Source of the DNA: Eledone cirrhosa
Taxonomy: Eukaryota
Assembly (NCBI GenBank): GCA_964016885.1
Contig: OZ024740.1
Coordinates: 62,496,001-62,560,000, forward strand
DNA: 64,000 nt
Direction of reading: 5' to 3'
In this document: positions 53,740-64,000 of the stretch, piece after piece
How positions within the stretch are numbered: position 1 is the stretch's first letter
How the letters are laid out: each line of letters begins with the position of its first letter
The notes under the pieces: generated by a model
Database searches by the model: none
Told to the model about the DNA's origin: nothing
Seen by the model: the letters and a program-made list of their open reading frames with translations, nothing else
Translations under genes and position numbers: made by a program

Positions 53740-54840
53740 ACAAGATTTTACTTCCTGGAGATTTTACTGCACTCGTGAGAGAGGACGACCAAACCTGGAG
53801 TGTTTAGGACGTCACGGAATGGGCAAGATGAATGCCAATGGTCTTCTTTTGTAATTATGCACTTAGTTTGAGCTGGTCGTGTGCAATACTTTTTTCAGCA
53901 AAAGAAGATCTACAAGGAAACATGGATACAACCGAGATCCAAAATGGACACATCCTGCATTATATCATAACTAGGAAGAGAGAAATCCAGGATATCTGCT
54001 CTGTAAGAGTAATGAGTGGTGCAGAACGTGGTACAGACCACAAACTTGTACGTGACAAGATGAAAGCGTTGATCAGAGGAAAAGTGAGGGAAGCAGAGGT
54101 ACAAGTGCCAAACCTATAGATGTGTCCAAACTGCAAAGTTTAGGAATGCGAGATGCTCTTTATAATGCAATTGACAACGTTGTTTGTGATGGAACTTGGG
54201 AACAGTTTAAAACACAGGTTTACAGTGATGGAGCTGATGTATTTGGTCTTAAGAAGAGAAAACACAGAGACTGGTTTGATGATAACGATGCTCCAATCAC
54301 CATGCTCATTGAAGAGAAGAGCAAGCTGTATGTGATGTACCTTCTTGCAGAGGGTCCAGCGAGGACTATATTTGAGAAGTCCTTCAAAGAAGAAAAATCA
54401 AAATGGCAATATAAAACTCGTAAGATGAACAGTAACTGGTGGTCTAAACTTTCAGCAAAGATGCAGAGACGTGAAGGCATTATACAGCACAATAAGGCAA
54501 GTTTTGGGCTCACAACCCTCAAAAGTTGCACTACTGAAGTTCAAAGATAGAAACGTCCTCATCAAAGATCCATAGGAATCATAAGTCGGTGGGCTGAACA
54601 CTTTCAAGATCAGTTTGACAACCCATCTGTAGTTGACGAGGAAATTATTAATTGACTGTCACAAAATGAAACTAACAGAGATATTGATTGATCTAACCAT
54701 TAATAAAATAAGGTCTACTATCAAAGAGATAAACATAGGGAAATCTCTAGGTTTGGATGGAAAACCTGTCGAGCTGATCCGCTCTGGAGGAAACAATGTT
54801 GTTACGGCCATTCATGGGCTAGTTTATTCTAGATGACATA
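53740..54840 (+). mobile_element. Decayed RTE LINE fragment (EN C-terminus to RT start)
   Basis: VRVMSGAERGTDHKLVR, GLKKRKHRDWFDDND and GKSLGLDG parallel the intact 16714 ORF. Confidence 0.85.
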
Positions 54841-55006
54841 GTGAGCCGGCTTGCAAAATAAAAGCTGGTCTGAAACGTCACCTGGGAATAGCACACTTTT
54901 GACAAGACGTAGTAATCAACATGTATGTATTATGCATGTATGTATGTATGTATGTATGTATGTATGTATGTATGTATGTATGTATGTATGTATGTATGTA
55001 TGTATG

Positions 55007-58000
55007 TTCTTCTGGTTTTATAATTTCACAAAGTTTTACCAATAGAGAGAGAGAGTCGGTTTCTAACAGACACAAGACTTTCTCATTGGAATTTACACAA
55101 CATCAACTAGGTAGATATGTATGGATGCATGTGTAGATATGGATGTTACTATAAGTGTGGATGTGTATGTTTTGAGCTGTATGTGTGCAAGTGTATATGC
55201 TTTGTATCTGTATATGTGTATATGTAGTTATTAGATGCAACATTTTTGGAATGTTTTACATATTTTTACTGTTCCATTAATGGATTGTACTTGTAGTTTC
55301 CTAACTAGTTGTGTTCTTTCTGTTCCTGTGAAGACTAGCTTCTCAAGATTTGTATTGAGGCAGTTACTAATATGTCCCAGTGCCCCAACAATCACAGGCA
55401 TAAATCTGAAGGTGTAATCAGGGTGGAGTATCTGCAGATTTCTCATCAGTTCTGCATAAATATTCTCCTTTTCGCTAATCTTTGATATTATATTGGCATC
55501 TGCTGGGCAGCTAATTTCCACTACTGTGCATGTTTTCTTCTCCCTGTCCCATATCATAATATCTGGTCTGTTATGCCTGCATTTTATTGGGGTTTTTACT
55601 GGAACATTCCACCAGTACTCTTTCATATTATGTACATGGATGTCTTCCACATTGTTGTAGCTTTTAATGTGTTTATTATGGGGGCTATCTTTTTTACGAA
55701 ATGCATTGTACAATATTTTGGTCACTACATCATGCCTCATAGGTAGATAGTACCGCGATGACATCTTTGGACAGCTGCTGATGACATGGGTGAAATCCTC
55801 GATGTTAGTTCTGCAGAGGCTTCACTTGTTATCACATCTAGGTGTTTTTCCTGCATCCCTATCTCTTTTGTGAATCAGGTATTTCGTGCTAATCTCCTGT
55901 TCTTGGATTGCAAAAGCGTATCCTTCAAAGTGGGAGCCAATATAGCGGTTGTTGGTCCAAGATAGACTACTTTCCTTATCTATATTACTCTCACTATGGA
56001 GCTTCCTGGCAACATATCCATGCATGATTTTTTGCTGATAGGCATGCAGTTTTTCATCCATGGATTCACTGCGATACTGCTAAGCGACATCCCTGGGTGT
56101 GAGTTTTTGATTATCACACAGGGAATATCTTTCAAGGAGTTCCTTCCCAACTCTCATGATGTTATCTGTTTCATGCAGATAGACTTGCTCGAGAAGCGGG
56201 CTCCTACGCTTCGAGGTTCGTAGATGTTGTCGGAGAGATATGATGCGACATTCAAATGTTGTCTGGACTGATGTTAGGCCTCTGCCTCCCTGCTTACGTT
56301 TCAAGTAAAGGCGGTCTATGTCACTGTTGATGTGGAAGTTTCCGGTGTTGTTCAGTATTTTTCGAGTTCCAACATCAACTGCTCGGATCTCGTCTATCGT
56401 CCAATTGAGTCTTCCAAACGTTGGTGTTAGGACAGGCACAGCAAACACATTGTGAGCCACTGTTTTGTTTTGCGCAGAGAGTTCCGATGACCAGATCTTT
56501 CTTAATCGGGTGTAGTATTCTCTGGTTACGCGTTCTTTATTACAGATACCATTATAGGATATGTTCTCATCTATCCCCAGGTATCTGTAGCAGTCCTCAT
56601 CAGATATCGGTGAAACAGTTAGACCATTGATGACAATGTTGCTAGATTGGGTTGTTGTTTTTCCCCGCTTTACAGTCATGTATGAGCATTTATCTTGGCC
56701 AAACTCCATTCCTATATCCTTTGAGAACGTTGTAACCAGGTCAAGATTTTTCTTCATCCCATCCATGTTCTTGGCATAGAGTTTCAGATCGTCCACAAAG
56801 AAGTTATGGGTTAGGTTCGTATTTTTGTCCTCCTGTGAGCCAATGATGTATCCCTCACATTTCTTGAGCAGAAAGGACAAGGGGTTTAATGACAAGATGA
56901 ACAATATCACAGAGAGACTGTCCCCATGAAATATACCGCTGCAATATTTTATTTTATCAGTGAAAATAGAGTCCCCCTCCCCCTCTCTGTCTTTAACCTT
57001 AGGATAGTAGCCCAAGAAGAAGACAGCCTCTCTATGGCTCTGACAATAATGTCTGGGACTTTAGCAAGTTGGAGGGCCTCTATCATCCAACAGTGGGGAA
57101 CAGAATCGAAAGCTTTTCTGTAGTCCAGCAAGACTGTAGTCATATTCCTCCTAAGTTGTTTTGTTGATTAGGAGTTGTTCAGCACATCCCCAAACCCTTT
57201 TCTTTCCAGCTGCTTGTTCATCTGTGATGATGTTATTATTTTCACAGTGATCTTGGAGGAATAGGTTCAGGTAGGCTGTATACATCTTATACATCAGGTT
57301 CTGGCATGCAATGGGTCGGTAGTTTTTTGCCAAGTGTGTGTCTTTGTTCTTGGGGACCAGTAACGTTTGTGCTAATGTCAACCATTCTGGTATAAGTGTA
57401 TCTCCCTTAAGAACCTGTTAGTAGAGGTCAGTAAGATACCTCCGATAGAATATTAGTTTTTTGTACCAGCAGCCGACAATCATGTCTCTTCCTGGTGTTT
57501 TCTTATCTTGGAGTTTTCCTATCACAGTCTCAAGGGTACCCTCACTTATTTCGTATGTTTTTGTTGTAGTGTAGGAGCAATAGTTCTTTCGGATTTCTCT
57601 TAGCCACACTGCATCTTGGTTGAAATTCTTCTTTTCACCCCATATTTTTCTCCAAAAGGAATCTATGTCATTCTGGGATGGGGCCTCAGTGACACTTATT
57701 ATTTTGCCCTTCATATCCTATAGACTGATGTTTGGTTTCGTTTGGTTAAGCATTTTCTCTCTCATCTACCTTCTTCAGGTATCGGCGTTTTTCGTTAACA
57801 GCTCTCAATTCTTGTTTGAGGGTGATCAGCTTATACTGGAAAGTTCTGGTTCTACTGTTACCAAACATCGTCTCTATTTTATTTTTCACTCTTTGTTGGT
57901 GAGGAGTGAGGTTTTTTTGTGTTTGTTTGCATGTAAGGAGCATTGTCACATATCCTATGTTTTTTCGTAGGTCAGCACTCTTTTTTTCTATTTTAGTTAT

Positions 58001-59098
58001 ATATGATGGTATTTTTGGTGGTGTTTTGTTCTTGTTAATATCTCTGTTATCACTAAGATAATGCTTCACTGTCCTTGCTAAGGCATATAAACAGGCGTTG
58101 ATTTGCCAAAATGTTGGGGTTTTTATCCGTTGTAAATATTCATCCCTTATTTCGTGAATAACACGTAGTATTTCATTATTTGGTTTTTTATTCACCATTG
58201 TCATTTTAACACGTTCAGCAAGAGAGATATTTATACATGAGTTAATTTCTCTCTGGAAGATTTCGTTGAGAGAAATTTTCAATTGTTTATACTTTTGATT
58301 ATCATTATCGATAGTATTTTCCACAACAGTCGAGGTAGACTCGGATGGTATACGTGGTGTCACATTTATTCGATTATTATTATTATTTCTTCGATTATTA
58401 TTATTATCGATAGTGTTTTCCCCAGCATTCGAGGTAGACTTAGATGGTACAGGTGGTGTACAAGCATAGTTGTTTCAAGGCGGTGTTCGACCTGGCTGCT
58501 AGGAAGTCTAGTAGCATGGCGATCTGTAGCACGTGTTGTTGATCCCATGTTTGTTGTGGGGGACTTACAATTAATAATATTTATCTTATTTTTACGTTCA
58601 ACAAACGTCGCTTGTTGGCGTAATTGTTTCGCTGTGAAATAATTTAACTCTGGCTGCATTTCGTCCCAGTGTAGCTTCATTCTATTCATATAGCCAATGG
58701 AGGTATTGTTTTTTGCCATTTTATAACAATTAAATAAATCATTATTAAGTTCGCAACTCCAAGAGAAATGCGATTTATAATTTCGGTTTTTTCTGTAGCT
58801 ACAACTGAATAAAGTTTGATTACCTTCCTTGTTATTTGTCTTCTGTACTTCCTTAATTTTTTTGTTGATGTTGTGTTCAGCCATGCTGTTTGTAGCAAAT
58901 CCTTGTAAAATGAATTATGTATTTAGTCGGATATCTCTACGAATTCGAAGAAAAGGTGTCTTCAGAAGGTATAGTTAGAAGAATAACCAGTTATTCAACC
59001 TGGCTGTAGTTGTGGCATTACTGTCGGAGATAGTATTCATCTTAAATTTAATAAATAGTCTCCAACGCCAAAATATGCGACTGACCGCGTTGACTGTC
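55007..59098 (-). mobile_element. R4/Dong-clade (restriction-like endonuclease) non-LTR retrotransposon, near full length, frameshifted
   Basis: NYRPIACQN, DYRKAFDSVPH, GIFHGDSLS, FFVDDLKLY, RLYLKRKQGGRGL, AIQEQEI, RHD, RPDIMIWD...VEIS; (CATA)n at both ends. Confidence 0.9.
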
Positions 59099-59187
59099 TA
59101 TGTATGTATGTATGTATGTATGTATGTATGTATGTATGTATGTATGTATGTATGTATGTATGTATGTATGTATGTATGTATGTATGT

Positions 59188-59793
59188 CAGGTCACCAGTT
59201 GGTGCTACTGGTAACATGTATCCCAGTGCAACCTGTCTCATGGTCGGGTCGTTGGCGACTAAACTGACAACCCCACCAAGGTTTCTTGGTGAGGAGGGTG
59301 ACTTTGGACATCCCGCAGGACTAAAAACAACACCCGTCAAAGGGCAAAGGAGCTCTTAAGAGTCAATGGCCTTCCAAAATCACCAGGAGAGATGACCCCT
59401 TAGCCTTTGTCAAGGCAGAATTCTAAGAGAAGGAAAACTCTGATATAACACCTGCAACCCTGATGGTATCCAATGATGTTGACTTGTTCTTCTTTTTGGT
59501 AAATATCATCTTCGTTAAGAGAGTGGGACTGGCTTTGTGCAGTGCCTTTGCTCACTATAAAAGCTTCACGGCACAGGCATTGCTTTATATCTGGAGATCT
59601 CTCTGCACTTGTCGTCACATGGTACCATGGGCCCAGCACTATGTGTCAATAACTGTCACAAGTGTAGTGTTTGTACCAGAGTATTCAAGTCGCTGGCTGG
59701 ACTAAAAGGTCACACTCGTTCAGCGCATCGGTAGGGGTTCTCCTACATGGAATTAAAGTAGTGGTCGTACTCGAAAACAAGTTGGCAGCCACC
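59188..59793 (+). mobile_element. Non-autonomous bipartite RTE-derived retroposon, unit 1
   Basis: Middle resembles the 5' UTR 16376-16595 and the end resembles the 3' stem-loop 20480-20511 of the intact RTE; (ATGT)n flanks. Confidence 0.8.
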
Positions 59794-59882
59794 ATGTATG
59801 TATGTATGTATGTATGTATGTATGTATGTATGTATGTATGTATGTATGTATGTATGTATGTATGTATGTATGTATTATATGT

Positions 59883-60491
59883 CAGGTCACCAGTTGGTGC
59901 TACTGGTAACGTGTATCCCAGTATAACCTGTCTCATGGTCGGGTCGTTGGCGACTAAACTGGTAACCCCACCAAGGTTTCTTGGTGAGGAGGGTGACTTT
60001 GGACATCCTGCAGGACTAAAAACAAAACCTGTCAAAGGGCAAAGGAGCTCTTAAGAGTCAATGGCCATCCAAAATCACCGGGAGAGATGACCTCTTAGCC
60101 TTTGTCAAGGCAGAATTCTAGGAGAAGGAAAACTCTTATATAACACCTGCAACCCTGATGGTATCCAATGATGTTGACTTGTTCTTCTTTTTGGTAAATA
60201 TCATCTTGGTTAAGAGAGTGGGACTGGCTTTGTGCAGTGCCTTTGCTCACTATAAAAGCTTCACGGCACAGGCATTGCTTTATATCTGGAGATCTCTCTG
60301 CACTTGTCGTCACATGGTACCATGGGCCCAGCACTATGTGTCAATAATTGTCACAAGTGTAGTGTTTGTACCAGAGTTTTCAAGTCGCTGGCTGGACTAA
60401 AAAGTCACACTCGTTCAGCGCATCGGTAGGGGTTCTCCTACATGGATATAAAGTAGTGGCCGTACTCGAAAACGAGTTGGCAGCCACCACC
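59883..60491 (+). mobile_element. Non-autonomous bipartite RTE-derived retroposon, unit 2
   Basis: Highly similar tandem copy of unit 1 with scattered substitutions. Confidence 0.8.
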
Positions 60492-61356
60492 ATGTATGTA
60501 TGTACGTACGTATGATGCATGTATCTACCTATGATGTATATATGTATGATGTGTGTATGTATTTCATTTCGGAAAAAAACAAGGTATTACTAAATATTTG
60601 TTTCGAGTATGACTTAGGATAGAATTTTTTAAATTAAATCTCAATTGCGGGAAATCAAAGAACTGCTTTGCAATTGTATTTAAAACAAACAAACAGCAAA
60701 AAAAACCAACTAGATGATGAAATCTCACTTCATTTAACATCTGTTTATGTTTGTGTTTGCTTTGTTAACTTGTTGATAGTAAACTTCATTTAGATGACAA
60801 AGACAGTCGCTTTGTAACACCAGATCGGTGGTCGTTAACATGCTGTTAATTATGGAATCAACGTTTTTTTTTTTTAAATTACAAACATGTTTAATCAAAA
60901 ATAACATTTTTTCCTTTCAAGATGGCTTTTCCTGATGAATATCTCAATCAGATGGTAAAACCATTTTTGTAGTTAATCTATTGGGTTTAATTAGAAACAA
61001 CCACGAAGTATTAAAGATCAATATAACTTTTTAAATGTAATAAGATATACACACAAATAATACATACAACATATATACAACACAAGAAAATAAATCGAAT
61101 AAATTTAACACAATGGTATATTTTACTCTTTTATAACGCGAAGATAAACAAACTCTCCTTTTTTTCTCTTTCTCCCTCGCACATATACACACACTTACCT
61201 TCCCGTTTTCAAAGATTTGTTACAGCGTGGGATTAAACAAATTAGCTGTCCTCGCACTCACACGCTTTTACCATTTACTCCCTCTCACACACTTTTATCA
61301 ATTACATTACAGTGTGACTGACGTTTTATACGAAATATAAAACAGCTTTAATATAA

Positions 61357-61907
61357 CTAGCAGAAAAACCACCAGAAGAGTGGTTTTTCTGCTAGCATGT
61401 GTAGTGTGCATATTGATATTATACGCAAATATATATACATATAGATATGATACATCAAATGAAATCGTAATTGACAATATACACAGAAATTTAACGAAGT
61501 CTGCATTACACTCTCTTCTGTAATCCATGATACATTAAAAAAAGACGATATTACATATAAACTGCATTAGGAAAAAAAAATATCCATCGGTAGTTGTTTA
61601 TCTTTCTCCAATATTGAGATAGGAAAAGGGTTAATGTAAACAGTAAATTTTAAAAACTTGATTCAGTGGAACGGTACGTGATGCCCCCCCCCAGATGTGA
61701 TGTTTTTATAAGCAATCGCTAACCGGAAGTGTTGACATTTGAAAATTTCAAAGAAGTGAATCTTAAAATAAGTAATAAAATTATTTATATTTAATCAAGA
61801 ATAACGAAATTTAGTAGATAAATTATGTAAAATTCATAACTTATTTTACAAACGGGATAAAAAATATATATTCTGGATGCAGTCCCACACTCCTTTCTTT
61901 ATTATAG
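61357..61907 (-). mobile_element. Probable non-autonomous Helitron (copy 2 of 4240-4970)
   Basis: Colinear similarity; terminal hairpin ending CTAG|T on the minus strand; lacks the nested SINE. Confidence 0.55.
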
Positions 61908-62198
61908 TTAAGATAGATCTTCTACAAACAGCAAATCAGCAGAATAATAGATTCTATTCCACAACCCCCCCCCCCCCAAAAAAAATATTTAAAGCCATTT
62001 TCCCGCTTTTCAAAAGGTTCTAATCATGCAGGCACCATGGCAGTCTTCATATTCATCATGTTTATCATGCATTTACTCGTGCCAAACCTTTTAGCAGTTG
62101 TAGAAACGATTGTTACATAATAAACAAACGTTACACTGAAATCTCTAAATTCTGATTATATAGACACACACCGCTCACACACATATATATATATATAT

Positions 62199-62231
<33 letters not shown>

Positions 62232-62896
62232 CAGTATTTTCCGTTGTGTTGTAATATAAATATTACACACAGTAGATTATCAGCTCACGTAGAGTTTGCT
62301 CGACCTAAGTTCGTCCGCAATACTACTCCAGAGAAAACCCAACGTACACAACTGTAACTGCACCTATCCTGACAACTGCCCCCTCGGCAATAACTGCCTG
62401 GAAAAAAATATTATTTATAAGTGTACCATTAAATCCGGAGGCAACGAGTGGTATTACGTGGGATCAACGGCAACATCGTTTAAATCTCGATTGTATAGGC
62501 ATTCTTACTCAATAAAACACCAGAGCCAAAGAAATGTAACAACTTTAGCAGAAAAAGCTTGGACGCTCAGGGATAGCGATCAAAAGTTTACCCTAAAATG
62601 GGAGAAATTAGCTAAAACCCAAAGCTTTTCCAGGAGCCAAAATTTCTGCAAATTGTGTAATCTTGAGATTTATTACATAATCACACACAAGAAGAAACTG
62701 CTGAATAACAGAATTGAACGAACATTATTCTGCCGTCACAGAACTAAAACCCTTTTTTCCCACTACAAGCCGAATATTACATAAAAGAGGGACATCCCCC
62801 AACTATATAAACCTTAAGCTAGTTAGAAAAATATAAAAACAATCTCTTCTCAACATATATTAATAACCTTAAATTACCACACTAATAATGGAAAGA

Positions 62897-62954
62897 TATG
62901 CTGATGAGAATAGGTGCAAATATGCGATAATGAATGTGTCTAAAAACGTCCATA
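62897..62954 (+). ncRNA. Decayed hammerhead ribozyme
   Basis: TATG-CTGATGA-...-AAAA-CG-TC-CATA; stem I pairs but G12 is replaced by A. Confidence 0.35.
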
Positions 62955-63050
62955 AGTATGAATATATATGTGAAAATGTATATAAATAAGTAAATATATA
63001 TATATGTTTGATGTGTATAGTTAGATGTAAGTGTATTCATGTATTAAAGT

Positions 63051-63130
<80 letters not shown>

Positions 63131-63686
63131 ATATGTGTATATAGATGTGTATGTATGTGTATGTGTGTACACATGGACTAGAGTATGTATGTATATATGT
63201 GTGTGTCTATACGTGTGTATATAAAGATAAGTTGAGTATGAAAATGTATACACATGAGCGCGTATGTATGTACATGAATACATGTGTGTATATATATGTG
63301 TATGCATGTGTATATATATGTAAGTATGAATATGTGAATTGTGAGTATATGTATTTTGTAGAGGTGTGCAAATATATTTGTGTGTGAATGCGTGGGTGAA
63401 AGGATACGTACACTTGAAAGAAAAATTTAAGTCTGAATGTTAATTAAGTGCAAACACAAAACCAACCACGCATATCTTTACTATCTCTAATCCTTCTATA
63501 GATTTAGAAAAATAACCAATAATATATTCTATAAAAAATGTCAAAACAACAGATGGGAATCTAATTACTCACTGCCACCAAGAATTCTCACTGCTATCGA
63601 AAAACCACTCCTTCAACTATTCTTCTAACAACTTCACCCCTCCCTCCTAATATTCTCTATAAAAACTAAATAGGTCCTCAGTAATA

Positions 63687-63806
63687 TTATTCTGATGAAA
63701 TGACAGTAAATAATAACATTGAAATATTGAATGTCTGCATAACTAAAAGTTTGTAGATAGCAGCTGTTTTAGGTTATGTAACTGTTATAGAAACACGTGT
63801 CAATAA
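63687..63806 (+). ncRNA. Type I hammerhead ribozyme with very long stem II
   Basis: TTATT-CTGATGA-[aATGACAGT...ACTGTTATa, about 91 nt]-GAAA-CACGTG-TC-AATAA; palindromic stem III ACACGTGT, GUC triplet. Confidence 0.65.
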
Positions 63807-63877
63807 ATTCCTTTCAACTAAACTGTATCCATTCAAATCTTTCTATATATATATATATATATATATTGGTAAACGGA

Positions 63878-64000
63878 ATAGAAAATGCTGACAAATTGTT
63901 CACAGTTGAAAAATGGTTTAATTAGGAATAAAAGAGTATTAGTGATTGTATGGGTTAGTATTCAGTTGTGGTTTTAAGTTTTTAAGTTTTTACCGGTTGC
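63878..64000 (-). mobile_element. Diverged copy 3 of the 6110-6330 repeat, running off the window
   Basis: Minus strand GCAACCGGTAAAAACTTAAAA...ATTCCTAATTAAAC...TTTGTCAGCATTTTC. Confidence 0.7.

Larger units (their letters stand above)
62296..63843 (+). mobile_element. 5'-truncated Penelope-like element: GIY-YIG ORF remnant 62296-62784 plus 3' region
   Basis: CNCTYPDNCPLGNNC..IIYKC..YVGST..FKSR..CKLCNLE..LLN..CRH, homologous to the 9160-9600 region; ends at (TA)n. Confidence 0.85.

Overview
AT-rich, microsatellite-laden eukaryotic DNA with no recognisable host protein-coding exon. The repeat repertoire suggests a mollusc, probably a cephalopod (inference). The window is almost entirely mobile DNA: (1) an intact RTE-clade LINE (1181-aa ORF with APE endonuclease, RT and three C2H2 fingers), plus two tandem non-autonomous bipartite derivatives that share its 5' UTR and 3' stem-loop; (2) a near-complete Penelope-like element (RT + GIY-YIG), a second Penelope 3' fragment, and several Penelope-type terminal repeats carrying hammerhead-ribozyme folds, some as head-to-head palindromes and some with non-canonical cores kept between copies; (3) four L1/Tx1-clade copies stacked in (ATCT)n; (4) a decayed R4/Dong element in (CATA)n; (5) about 17 tRNA-derived Meta-domain-like SINE copies, CORE-like SINEs, mariner and hAT MITEs, Helitron ends and a tRNA-Phe pseudogene. 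Fold-back inversions are unusually frequent, from about 60 bp up to a 5.2-kb palindrome. All folds and alignments were done by eye, and coordinates of decayed elements are approximate.
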